Positions 34,569-43,787 of a stretch of DNA of 64,000 bases are shown piece after piece. The stretch is from Solirubrobacteraceae bacterium (GTDB lineage Bacteria > Actinomycetota > Thermoleophilia > Solirubrobacterales > Solirubrobacteraceae). The stretch is taken from positions 9,679-73,678 of the forward strand of contig DASXDD010000028.1 in NCBI GenBank assembly GCA_036490775.1, given 5' to 3'. A program made the translations under genes and the position numbers. Below the pieces are notes generated by a model, which saw only the letters and a list, made by a program, of their open reading frames with translations, searched no databases and was not told the DNA's origin. How positions within the stretch are numbered: position 1 is the first letter of the stretch; every line of letters begins with the position of its first letter.

Positions 34569-35255
34569 TCATGCGGTCGGTCGCGCGGCTCCCATCGGAA
34601 CGACCTGTGACAGCTTCGCGAATACGATGATCCGCTGCGCTGCGCTGTAGAGCGGATTGCAAGCGGACAGCACGAGTCGGTCGTAGCCGACGTTCTTTGT
34701 AACCCACAGCGCGCTCGGCAACACGATCTGGTGGTACTGGACCACGTAGGTGAAACGCCCGTAGGGCATCGTGACCACGATCCGGTCGCCCGGCTTGAGC
34801 GCGTCGATGTGACGGAAAGGGGCCAGGTAGGTGGTCCGGTGCCCAGCGATCGCGACCGTCTGTCCGAGCCCGGGGAGCGCGGTCCCGGGGTAGTGCCCGG
34901 GCCCTTTCTCGAGGCTGGTCGCGTCGGTCCCCTGGACGATGTCGTAGCTCGCGTCGATCTTTGAGATCGTGATCCGCCCGACCGCGTCGCCGGTGCTGAC
35001 CTGACGCAGCTCACGGCGGGCGAGATACGAGATCCGACTCGGCTGGCTCTTGACGCTGACGAGCGCGTGCATGTCGATCGGCGACAGCGGCGTCGTCTCG
35101 AAGCTCAGGAAGCGCTTGTTGATGTCACCGCGCTGGATCGTCCCGATCACGGCGGTCACCGGCTCCTGCCAGAGCAGCGTGACCCCCGCATCGAGCATCA
35201 GCAGCAGCCCGGAGATGATCAGCACCGAGGAGATATCTCGGATCAAGCGGCGCAT
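34569..35255 (-). CDS. Sortase (class E/D-like)
   Basis: N-terminal TM; LEKGPGHYPGT, IAGHRTT (His), LVLSACNP (Cys), AQRII (Arg). Confidence 0.92.
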   Translation of the reverse strand: MRRLIRDISSVLIISGLLLMLDAGVTLLWQEPVTAVIGTIQRGDINKRFLSFETTPLSPIDMHALVSVKSQPSRISYLARRELRQVSTGDAVGRITISKIDASYDIVQGTDATSLEKGPGHYPGTALPGLGQTVAIAGHRTTYLAPFRHIDALKPGDRIVVTMPYGRFTYVVQYHQIVLPSALWVTKNVGYDRLVLSACNPLYSAAQRIIVFAKLSQVVPMGAARPTA

Positions 35256-35264
35256 GTGATCACG

Positions 35265-37037
35265 TCACCGGCGAAGCGCCGATTTCGTGCCCCCTAGCGA
35301 GCCCGGTCCCGCGTATGTGACAGGCCCGCGGATCGTCACCGGCTGCTCCTCGGCCGGCACCGCACGCGTCGAGCGCGCCGCAATCAGCACGATCCCCAGC
35401 GCACATCCGGCGACGACGCTCCACTCGAGCGCCGAGAGCAAGCTGACGTGGCCGCCCGCGACCAGCAGGACCCCACTCCACGCGAGCCCGACCGGGTCGA
35501 CGCCCAGCGACCGCGCGTAATAGATGATCACGAGCACCGGCGCTACAAGCCCGCAGGCGACCAATGCAAGCGCAAGCGACCGCCGCAATCGTAGGTCCGG
35601 GCCGACGGCCCACAGCCAGAGGTGCAGCGCCGGGATCAGCAGCGCTGCCGCGAACGGATTCGCCACCCAGATCGCCAGCGTCGCGACGCACAGGACGAGC
35701 AGCAGGCCCGAGGCCGCTCCGGGCGCGTCGGACTCAGACACCAGGCCCGAGGACCCGACGTGCGCTGCGCGTATGACCAGCGGTCGCAGCAGCACGAAGC
35801 CGAGCACGATCACGATCACGACCGCCAGCAGGATCACGACCCCGGCGCCGTGCGGCGGCACGGCGTCGGCGCTGACCGGGGCCGTGGGCCGCGCGTGGAA
35901 CAGGCCGACGAGGCGCGCGCCCAGCACCGGCGCCAGCGCGAGCACGAACGGGATCGCCGAGGCGAGCGCCCAAACGACCCAGCGCAGAATCGGATGGCCG
36001 CGGCGGCGCGCGCGCGCGATCCCGTCGATCGTCGCCGCGAGCACCGGCAGGATCAGCGCGAGCACGAACAGGCTCACCGCCCAGGCCGGCACGACCTTGC
36101 CGTCGAACAGCAGGTACGCCGACGGCGCCGGCACCGAGGGCCCGGCGTCGAGCGCGTTGATCGTCTGCAGGACCGAGCGGCCCATCGCTGCGATCCGGGC
36201 GGGGCTCGTCGGCTCGTCGCCGGCCGGCGCGCGGTCACCGGACACCGACATCAGCACCGCAGACTCGCCGGCGGTCCCGAACGGTCCCTGCTCGGTCGCG
36301 GTGAACGGAAAGGCGAGATGCGCGAACTGACCGCCGAGGCTCGGCGCTCCCGGCGCCAGCTGCGCCTGCTGGGAGAGCGCCGTGGCGACGGTGTTTCGCA
36401 GTCGCGTCGGCGCGACCGCGTGCCCGTTGGACCACGGAACGACAACCGGCTGGCGAAGCCCGCTGCCGGCGAGGTCGCCGAGCACGATCACTGCGTCGAT
36501 CGGCTGGTTGAGCGACTTGGCGAGCGCGATCGCGCCGCCCTCGCCGGTCGATCCGCTGGTCGAGGCGAGCACGATCGTGTGTCGGTGCGTCTCGCCGGGG
36601 AGGTCGTGCGCGAGCTCCTCGAGCACGGCCGTGCCCGATGCGTCGGCCATGCCTGGCGAGGTCAGCGAGTCACGATGGGCAACGACGACGATGCTGCCGC
36701 TGGCCAGCCCCGGCCTGACGCCCGTGACGTTCGTCAGCGTCCGCGGGCCATCGGCGGTCTGCGCGTGGAAGTCGCTCTTGGAGACAAAGAAGCCGTTGAC
36801 CGACAGCAGCCTCGTGACCTCGCGCGCGATCGCGGTGTCGGCCCCCGAGCCCGGACGGCGGTTCGGGTACTCGTTGGCGAGACGGGTCATGGTCGCGTAC
36901 GCGTGACCGCCGTTGAAGGCCTCCGGCGCGAGCGTCGTGGTCAGCGGCCCCTGTTGATTGCCCAGCGAGAACGCCAACACGATCACTGCCAGCGCGACCG
37001 CGACCAGCCCCGTGCGGTAGATGCGCGGATCCAGCAT
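35265..37037 (-). CDS. Polytopic membrane protein with degenerate M28 peptidase-like ectodomain
   Basis: TM1, then about 290 aa with RRPGS, NVTG, VVVAHRDS, DASGTAVL, VIVLGD; about 7 C-terminal TM helices. Confidence 0.8.
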   Translation of the reverse strand: MLDPRIYRTGLVAVALAVIVLAFSLGNQQGPLTTTLAPEAFNGGHAYATMTRLANEYPNRRPGSGADTAIAREVTRLLSVNGFFVSKSDFHAQTADGPRTLTNVTGVRPGLASGSIVVVAHRDSLTSPGMADASGTAVLEELAHDLPGETHRHTIVLASTSGSTGEGGAIALAKSLNQPIDAVIVLGDLAGSGLRQPVVVPWSNGHAVAPTRLRNTVATALSQQAQLAPGAPSLGGQFAHLAFPFTATEQGPFGTAGESAVLMSVSGDRAPAGDEPTSPARIAAMGRSVLQTINALDAGPSVPAPSAYLLFDGKVVPAWAVSLFVLALILPVLAATIDGIARARRRGHPILRWVVWALASAIPFVLALAPVLGARLVGLFHARPTAPVSADAVPPHGAGVVILLAVVIVIVLGFVLLRPLVIRAAHVGSSGLVSESDAPGAASGLLLVLCVATLAIWVANPFAAALLIPALHLWLWAVGPDLRLRRSLALALVACGLVAPVLVIIYYARSLGVDPVGLAWSGVLLVAGGHVSLLSALEWSVVAGCALGIVLIAARSTRAVPAEEQPVTIRGPVTYAGPGSLGGTKSALRR

Positions 37038-37127
37038 CAGCCTCAGAGACTAGCCGTCCGGTCCGAGGTGATCGGGTCTTACGAGCACGCAGCAACTAGT
37101 CTTAACGCAACAAAAGAGGACGGAGAC

Positions 37128-37841
37128 TTGCCCGATCGCTCAGCGCGGATCCTGCTCGTGGATGATGAGCAGTCGATTCAGACGCTGCTCTCGTATCCAC
37201 TGCGCAAAGAGGGTTATGACGTAGTCCAGGCCACCGACGGCCGCCAGGCGCTGGATCGCTTCGACGAGCAGGCGTTCGACCTCGTCGTGCTCGACCTGAT
37301 GCTCCCGAAGGTCGACGGCCTCGAGGTCTGCCGCCGGCTGCGCTCGCGCAGCTCGGTGCCGATCATCATGCTGACCGCCAAGTCCGAAGAGATTGACAAG
37401 GTCGTCGGGCTCGAGCTCGGCGCCGACGACTACATCACCAAGCCGTTCTCGCTGCGCGAGTTCTCCAGCCGGATCAAGGCGGCGCTGCGCCGCGCGGAGA
37501 TGAGCCGCCCAACCGAGACCGCGCCCGACGAGGCCCCGCTCGAGGTCAAGGCGCTGCGGATCGACTTCCCCAAGCGGACGGTGCGCGTGCGCGGCGGCGA
37601 GGCGCCGCTGACGTTCGTCGAGTTCGAGATCCTGTCGGCGCTCGCTCGCGCGCCGGGACGCGTGTTCACGCGCGACATGCTGCTCGCACGCATCTGGGGC
37701 GATTCGGCCTACCGCGATCCGCGTACGATCGACGTGCACATCCGCCACCTGCGCGAAAAGCTCGAGAGCGACCCGAAAGACCCCGAGTACCTGTTCACGG
37801 TGCGCGGCGTCGGCTACAGGTTCCGCGACGGCGAGCCCTAG
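37128..37841 (+). CDS. OmpR/PhoB family response regulator
   Basis: LVDDE, LDLMLP, GADDYITKPF, RTIDVHIRHLR, TVRGVGY; TTG start approximate. Confidence 0.95.
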   Translation: MPDRSARILLVDDEQSIQTLLSYPLRKEGYDVVQATDGRQALDRFDEQAFDLVVLDLMLPKVDGLEVCRRLRSRSSVPIIMLTAKSEEIDKVVGLELGADDYITKPFSLREFSSRIKAALRRAEMSRPTETAPDEAPLEVKALRIDFPKRTVRVRGGEAPLTFVEFEILSALARAPGRVFTRDMLLARIWGDSAYRDPRTIDVHIRHLREKLESDPKDPEYLFTVRGVGYRFRDGEP

Positions 37842-37854
37842 AGGGGTTCCACGG

Positions 37855-39315
37855 ATGCGGCTTTCGCTCCGTAACCGCCTGGCGTTCGTGTTCTTCGCGA
37901 TCACGCTAGTCGCGATTGCGGCTCTCTACCTGTACGTCGCCCCCGGCTTGCAGACGCGCCTGGTCGGCCAGAAACGCTCCGAGCTCGCCGCCGACGCCCG
38001 GCGCTACTCGCGCGAGATCGCCGGCACGGTCGGCAGCGCCGACCCGCTGAGCGTCGTCCGCAACCGGGTCGACGCCGCCGGGCTCTCGTCGGGCGATCGA
38101 GTGACGCTGCTGCTGGTTTCGCAGGCCCCCGGCGGCACGCAGTTGTCCCCCGAGGCCGACTCGACCAAGCTCGAGGCGACGACGCCGCTCTCGTTCCGGG
38201 TCGCGCACATGGCGGCGGCAACCGGATCGCCCCAGACCGGCGTCGAGCCGACCCGCGACGGCACCGTCGCCGAGGCCGCCTACCCGGTCTTCTACCAGGG
38301 GCACGTCGGCGCCGTGCTCGTCTACTCAGACCCGGTGTCGGACATCGTCCACAGCGTCGAGATCGTCCGCCACGAGATCCTCGTCGCCGGCGGGATCGCG
38401 CTGCTGCTCGCGCTGGTCGGCGGCTATCTGGTGACGCGCGCGCTCGGCGAGCGCGTCAAGCGACTCGAGCTCGCAGCCGAGAAGGTCGCGGCGGGCGATT
38501 TCGACCACCCGATCGAAGTCGACTCGAGCGACGAACTCGGCCAGCTCGCGATCGCGTTTAACCAGATGCAGCGCCAGCTCGCCCAGCTCGAGGAGGCGCG
38601 CAAGAAGTTCATCGCGACCGCCTCGCACGAGCTGCGCACTCCGATCTTCTCGCTTGGCGGGTTCGTCGAGCTGCTCGAAGACGACGAGCTCGACGCCGAG
38701 ACCCGGCGTCGATTCCTCGATCAGGTCAAGGAGCAGGTCGAGCGCCTGCGCAAGCTTTCGGTCGACCTGCTGGACCTCTCGCGGCTCGAGTCCGGATCGC
38801 TCGAGCTGCGTCCCGAGCAGGTCGACCTCGGCGAGCTCACGAGGTCGGTCTCGGGGGAGTTTGAGCCGACGCTCGCCCAGCACGACTCGCACCTCGAGCT
38901 GCGACTGCCGACGCGCTCGATCGACACCGTCTGCGATCCGGTCCGGGTCGCCCAGATCATGCGAATCCTGATCGACAACGCACTCGTGCACACGTCCTCG
39001 GGCACCCGGATCCTCGTGACCGCGACCCATGACAACGGCAACATCCGGCTGGCCGTGCGCGACAACGGCGAGGGGGGCATCGACCCGCAGGCGATCTCGC
39101 GGATCTTCGAGCCGTTCTACACCGCCGACGACGCCCAGGGCTCGGGCCTGGGACTCGCGATCGCCTCAGAGCTCGCCGAGCGAATGGAGGGCCGGCTCTG
39201 GGTGGTGTCGATGCCCGGCGATACGACGTTCACGCTCGAGCTGCCGGGAGACGAGCGCGCGGGCGGGCCTACGGCTCGTCCACCCAGTAGCCAACCTGCC
39301 CATCAGCGCGTTTGA
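37855..39315 (+). CDS. HAMP-domain sensor histidine kinase
   Basis: Two TM, HAMP (DELGQLA), ASHELRTP, LIDNAL, DNG, GSGLGL. Confidence 0.95.
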   Translation: MRLSLRNRLAFVFFAITLVAIAALYLYVAPGLQTRLVGQKRSELAADARRYSREIAGTVGSADPLSVVRNRVDAAGLSSGDRVTLLLVSQAPGGTQLSPEADSTKLEATTPLSFRVAHMAAATGSPQTGVEPTRDGTVAEAAYPVFYQGHVGAVLVYSDPVSDIVHSVEIVRHEILVAGGIALLLALVGGYLVTRALGERVKRLELAAEKVAAGDFDHPIEVDSSDELGQLAIAFNQMQRQLAQLEEARKKFIATASHELRTPIFSLGGFVELLEDDELDAETRRRFLDQVKEQVERLRKLSVDLLDLSRLESGSLELRPEQVDLGELTRSVSGEFEPTLAQHDSHLELRLPTRSIDTVCDPVRVAQIMRILIDNALVHTSSGTRILVTATHDNGNIRLAVRDNGEGGIDPQAISRIFEPFYTADDAQGSGLGLAIASELAERMEGRLWVVSMPGDTTFTLELPGDERAGGPTARPPSSQPAHQRV

Positions 39316-39736
39316 GCATCACGTGGTCGGCCTTGTTGCCGGGCCACACGGCGATCTTGTCGCTGTCGGGGTAGACGGAGACCGCCGGCTCGGCGGCGCT
39401 CGAGAACATCAGCACGCGGGCCGTCTGGTCACCGCTGCTCGAGACCTTGTGGGCTCCCGCCGGTCCCTTTTCAAAGCACATCAACCCGCCGCGATCGAGC
39501 TGCCTGTCGCCGTCGGGCACACGCACGGACACAGCGCCTTCGAGCACGAGCAGCCACTCCTCCACGTACTCGTAGTGGTACGGGCACAGGCTCTGGCCGG
39601 CTGGGATCTCGAACAGCCGCACCGACAGCTCCTTGCCGCCGGCTTGGCGCCCGACCTCGGCGACGGCGGCGTTGTACCCAGCCGGGTCGGACTCGTCATA
39701 TTCGTACTGCGCGTTGAACACGTTGACATCGGTCAT
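39269..39736 (-). CDS. Cupin domain protein
   Basis: CPYHYEYVEEW, GAHKV, YPDSDK; start MTDVNVF at 39736. Confidence 0.88.
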   Translation of the reverse strand: MTDVNVFNAQYEYDESDPAGYNAAVAEVGRQAGGKELSVRLFEIPAGQSLCPYHYEYVEEWLLVLEGAVSVRVPDGDRQLDRGGLMCFEKGPAGAHKVSSSGDQTARVLMFSSAAEPAVSVYPDSDKIAVWPGNKADHVMLKRADGQVGYWVDEP

Positions 39737-39753
39737 TTCGCGATGTTTGCAGA

Positions 39754-40716
39754 ATGGGGTGTGTGAACCCGTCGACCGATCCGGCCGCCGTCGGAGCCGA
39801 GCTCGTGCTCGAGCTCGCGCAGCGCCTGCGCGAGACGGTGCTCCCCGAGCTCGGCTCGCACGCCGGGCGGGCACAGGCCGGCGGCGGCGCCGGTGGCGAC
39901 GTGACGTTCGCCATCGACGAGCTCGCCGAGTCGATGCTTGAGGAGTTCATCTCCCAGCGCGCACCGCGGCTCGCGTTCTACTCCGAGGACCGTGGGCTCG
40001 TGGCCCCCGGCGACGCGACCGAGGTGCTGGTCGTCGACCCGATCGATGGAACCCGGCCGGCGATGGCCGGGCTCGAGTCCGCGTGCGCGGCCGTCGCGCT
40101 CGCGCCGCTAGGCGACGGAGCACCGACGATGGCCGACCTGCGGGTCGGCTGCGTGATCGAGATCAAGTCCGGCGACTGGTACCTGGCCGAGAAGGGCCTC
40201 GGGGTCCGCTCGACGCGGCCGGTGTCGCTGAGCGACGGGACCGACATCAGCCGGATGTTCTGGGGCTACGGGTTTCGCGGCCGGCCGGCGCGAGCGTCGG
40301 TCGAGGTCCTGGGCGACCTGATCGATGCGTCGTCGGTCGGCGGCGGCACATTCGAGCTCGGCTCGCAGTGCTTCGTGATGACCCGTCTGATCACCGGCCA
40401 GCTCGACGCGGTGATCGAGGTCGGGTCGAGGATCGTCGACGACGTGCCGGGGATGCGGGCCGAGTTTGAGCGGATCGGCCGGGGCCAGGTGCTCAACAAC
40501 TCGCCGTATGACCTGGCGGCGCCATGGCTGTGCCTGCGCGAGGCCGGCGGGGTCGTCACCGACGGGTGGGGCGAACCGCTCGACCGCCACCGGCTGCTCG
40601 GCTCGGGGCACGAATTTCAGATGTCGTCGATCTCGGCTTGCAATCCGGAGCTGCACGCACAGCTGGTCGAAGCGATCGACGCAGGGGTCGCCCGGCTGCA
40701 AGCGATGTACGGGTGA
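39754..40716 (+). CDS. Inositol monophosphatase / FBPase-like family protein
   Basis: SED, VVDPIDGT, PYDLAA, EAGGVVTD. Confidence 0.88.
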   Translation: MGCVNPSTDPAAVGAELVLELAQRLRETVLPELGSHAGRAQAGGGAGGDVTFAIDELAESMLEEFISQRAPRLAFYSEDRGLVAPGDATEVLVVDPIDGTRPAMAGLESACAAVALAPLGDGAPTMADLRVGCVIEIKSGDWYLAEKGLGVRSTRPVSLSDGTDISRMFWGYGFRGRPARASVEVLGDLIDASSVGGGTFELGSQCFVMTRLITGQLDAVIEVGSRIVDDVPGMRAEFERIGRGQVLNNSPYDLAAPWLCLREAGGVVTDGWGEPLDRHRLLGSGHEFQMSSISACNPELHAQLVEAIDAGVARLQAMYG

Positions 40717-40786
40717 GGCTTGACCGCCGGGGCCGCGCCTCGCGGGTCGCTATCGTGCTGGCGCGCCGGCAATCGGACCGGTACCG

Positions 40787-42019
40787 ATGCTTCAGCCAGT
40801 ACTCCTAGCCCGCAAGACGCTGTCTGACTACGCCAGCATCGTTGGCCGGCCCTTGGTCGACGAGATCCTGAGTCGGGCCGAGTCGCTGCGCGGTAAGCGG
40901 GTTCTGCACGTGTCGGCGACCGCGTTCGGAGGCGGCGTGTCGGAGATCCTCTACACGCTCGTCCCGCTGATGGTCGACGTCGGTCTTGAGTGCGAGTGGC
41001 ACGTGATCTACGGCCGCGAGGAGTTCTTCAACGCGACCAAGGTCATGCACAACGCGCTCCAGGGCAGCGCCCAGGACCTGACCGACGAGCAGTGGGCGAC
41101 GTGGCTGGAATACAACGAGATCAACGCGCGCGAGCTGTCGGAAGGCTGGGACGTCTGCATCATCCACGACCCCCAGCCCGCGGCGCTCGCCTCGCTGGTG
41201 CCAGACAAGTCGCGCCGGTGGGTGTGGCGCTGTCACATCGACCTCTCGGCCCCAAACGCGGCCACGCTGGGGCGGCTGCTGCCGTATCTGGATCCGTACC
41301 CGGCGGCCGTGTTCCACATGCCCCAGTACGTGCCGGACACGATGAACGGCCGCGCGCACATCGTGCCGCCGGCGATCGATCCGCTCGCACCCAAGAACAT
41401 GGCTTTCTCCCCCGAGGATGCGGTCTACATCTGCGACCAGTTCGGGATCGACGTTGACCGTCCGCTGATGACCCAGGTGTCGCGGTTCGATCCCTGGAAG
41501 GACCCGCTCGGCGTGATCGACGCCTACCGGATCGTCAAGGCCGAGATGCCCGACGTGCAGCTGGCGCTGGTCGGATCGATGGCGACCGACGATCCCGAAG
41601 GCTGGGACTTCTTCAACGCGACGATCGCCCACGCCGATGGCGACCCCGACATCCACATCCTCAACAACCTCAACAACGTCGGCGCAATCGAGGTCAACGC
41701 CTTCCAATCCCACAGCGACGTCGTGATCCAGAAGTCCACGCGCGAGGGCTTCGGTCTGACGGTCACCGAGGCGATCTGGAAGGCGCGGCCGTTCATCGGC
41801 GGTGCCGTCGGCGGCATCCCGCTGCAGGTCTCAGACGGCGAGACGGGCTTCCTGGTCGACAGCGTCGAGGAGTGCGCGCAGCGGGCGCTCGAGATCCTGC
41901 GCGACCCCGGTTTGGGCAAGCGGCTGGGCCGCGCGGGCAAAGAGGATGTGCGCCGCCGCTTCCTGACACCGAGATTGCTTCGCGACTGGCTTGCGCTTTT
42001 CGAGACACTAGGGGTCTGA
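40787..42019 (+). CDS. TreT-like glycosyltransferase (GT4)
   Basis: GGGVSEIL, HNALQG, IHDPQP, WRCHID, QVSRFDPWKD, EGFGLTVTEA. Confidence 0.9.
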   Translation: MLQPVLLARKTLSDYASIVGRPLVDEILSRAESLRGKRVLHVSATAFGGGVSEILYTLVPLMVDVGLECEWHVIYGREEFFNATKVMHNALQGSAQDLTDEQWATWLEYNEINARELSEGWDVCIIHDPQPAALASLVPDKSRRWVWRCHIDLSAPNAATLGRLLPYLDPYPAAVFHMPQYVPDTMNGRAHIVPPAIDPLAPKNMAFSPEDAVYICDQFGIDVDRPLMTQVSRFDPWKDPLGVIDAYRIVKAEMPDVQLALVGSMATDDPEGWDFFNATIAHADGDPDIHILNNLNNVGAIEVNAFQSHSDVVIQKSTREGFGLTVTEAIWKARPFIGGAVGGIPLQVSDGETGFLVDSVEECAQRALEILRDPGLGKRLGRAGKEDVRRRFLTPRLLRDWLALFETLGV

Positions 42020-43470
42020 TGGCGGAACCATCACTGGTCCTCGTGTCGAACAGAGGCCCGGTCACATTCGGTCCCGACGGAGAGATCCGCCGCGGGACGG
42101 GAGGTCTTGTGACCGCGCTGATCGGCCTCGCGTCCCATCGCGAGGTCACGTGGGTCGCATCGGCGATGAGCGACGAGGACGTCGCCGTGTCCGAACGCAA
42201 CGACGGGCAGCCGTTCACTGTCCACACGCCCGACGGCGGCGACTACCTCGTGAAGCTGGTCACCTCGGACCCCGACGCCTACGACCGCTTCTACAACATC
42301 ACCGCCAACCCGATGCTGTGGTTCATCCAGCACTACCTCTGGGATCTCTCCAACGCGCCCGACATCCGCCGAAACGAGACCGAGGCGTTCGAGTTCGGCT
42401 ACAACGCCGTCAACGAGGACCTAGCGCGGGCAGTGGTCGAGGAGATCGAGGGGATCGAGAAACCGGTGGTGATGGTCCACGACTACCACCTCTACACGCT
42501 CCCGGGCCTGCTGCGCCGCGCGCGGCCCGACGTGTTCCTACACCACTTCGTCCACATCCCCTGGAGCCAGTCGGACTCGTGGCGCGTGCTGCCGTCGATG
42601 ATGCGCGAGGACATCTACCACGGGATCCTGTCCAACGACATCATCGGCTTCCACACGCGCTCCTACCGGCGCAACTTCCTGCAGTGCTGCGAGGACCTGC
42701 TCGACCTCGAGGTCGATCACGAGGGTGGGGTCGTCCACTTCGACGGGCGCGAGGTATGGGTTCGCGCATACCCGCTGCCGATCGACCCGAAGGCCGTGCA
42801 GGCGGTCGCCCGGCGCGAGCGCGTCACCGAATTCGAGCAGGAGCTGCTGCGCCGGCGGCGCGATCACCTGATCCTGCGCGTCGACCGCGCCGACCTTTCC
42901 AAGAACGTGCTGCGCGGGTTCAACGCGTTTGACGTGTTCCTCGATCAGCACCCCGAGTTCCACGAGAAGATCACGTTCATCGCCCAGCTGATGCCGTCGC
43001 GAACCGACGTGCCCGAGTACGCCGAGTACCTCGAGCGGATCGAGGCCAACGTCGCCGTCGTCAACCACCGCCACGGCTCGCCGGACTGGATGCCGATCCA
43101 GCTCAAGCTCCGCGACGACCTCGAGGAGGCGGTCGCCGCCTACAAGCACTACGACGTGCTGATGGTCAACGCGATGTTCGACGGCATGAACCTCGTCGCC
43201 AAGGAGGGGCCGATGGTCAACGAGCACAACGGTGTCTCGATCCTGTCGGAGAACACCGGCGCCCACGAGGAGCTCGGCGAGTACGCGCTGTCGGTCAACC
43301 CGTTCGACATCCAGGAACTCGCCGACTCGATCCACGCGGCGCTGACGATGGAGCAGGACGAGCGCGGGCGACGGCTCGAGGGCCTGAAGTCGATCATCAC
43401 GTCGCGCAATCCAGGGGACTGGATCGACGAGCAGCTGGCGGATATCAGGCGCAAGGAAGCGGCGGGGTAG
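42019..43470 (+). CDS. otsA: Trehalose-6-phosphate synthase (GT20)
   Basis: VSNRGP, GGL, HDYHL, HIPW, VDRADLSK, DGMNLVAKE, VNPFD; ATG overlaps the upstream TGA. Confidence 0.88.
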   Translation: MAEPSLVLVSNRGPVTFGPDGEIRRGTGGLVTALIGLASHREVTWVASAMSDEDVAVSERNDGQPFTVHTPDGGDYLVKLVTSDPDAYDRFYNITANPMLWFIQHYLWDLSNAPDIRRNETEAFEFGYNAVNEDLARAVVEEIEGIEKPVVMVHDYHLYTLPGLLRRARPDVFLHHFVHIPWSQSDSWRVLPSMMREDIYHGILSNDIIGFHTRSYRRNFLQCCEDLLDLEVDHEGGVVHFDGREVWVRAYPLPIDPKAVQAVARRERVTEFEQELLRRRRDHLILRVDRADLSKNVLRGFNAFDVFLDQHPEFHEKITFIAQLMPSRTDVPEYAEYLERIEANVAVVNHRHGSPDWMPIQLKLRDDLEEAVAAYKHYDVLMVNAMFDGMNLVAKEGPMVNEHNGVSILSENTGAHEELGEYALSVNPFDIQELADSIHAALTMEQDERGRRLEGLKSIITSRNPGDWIDEQLADIRRKEAAG

Positions 43471-43486
43471 GGGTTCGGGGGGGCGG

Positions 43487-43711
43487 AAACGTCCCATTGA
43501 AGGACGGGCCGTAGTCGAGCGGGACGAAACCGCTCTGAGGGAACGGAAACATCCCGACCAACGGTTTCGCGGGCTTCGCTGGGATGTTTTCGGAGCGCGT
43601 CGTGTGCAAACGTCCCCCCGGAGGCGCTGTGCGGCTTCCCCGGGACGTTGGCTCCCGTGAACGGAGCGAACGTCCCAAGCGACCGCTCCCGCACCCTTCA
43701 ACGGGACGTTT
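43487..43711. repeat. Four tandem palindromic units (AAACGTCCC-N25/26-GGGACGTTT), about 60-bp period
   Basis: Left arms at 43487, 43547, 43608, 43668; right arms at 43521, 43581, 43642, 43703. Confidence 0.85.
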
Positions 43712-43787
43712 GCCGTCCCGCCCGCAGAAGCCGCGCCCCGCGACCCTCCCCGACTCCGCCCCGCCCGGCGCCGCCCAGCAACCCCGC

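Noticed and set aside
43487-43711. CRISPR array
   Set aside because: Only 9-bp arms are conserved, both intervening segments vary, and no cas genes or AT-rich leader are present. Kept as a palindromic repeat.
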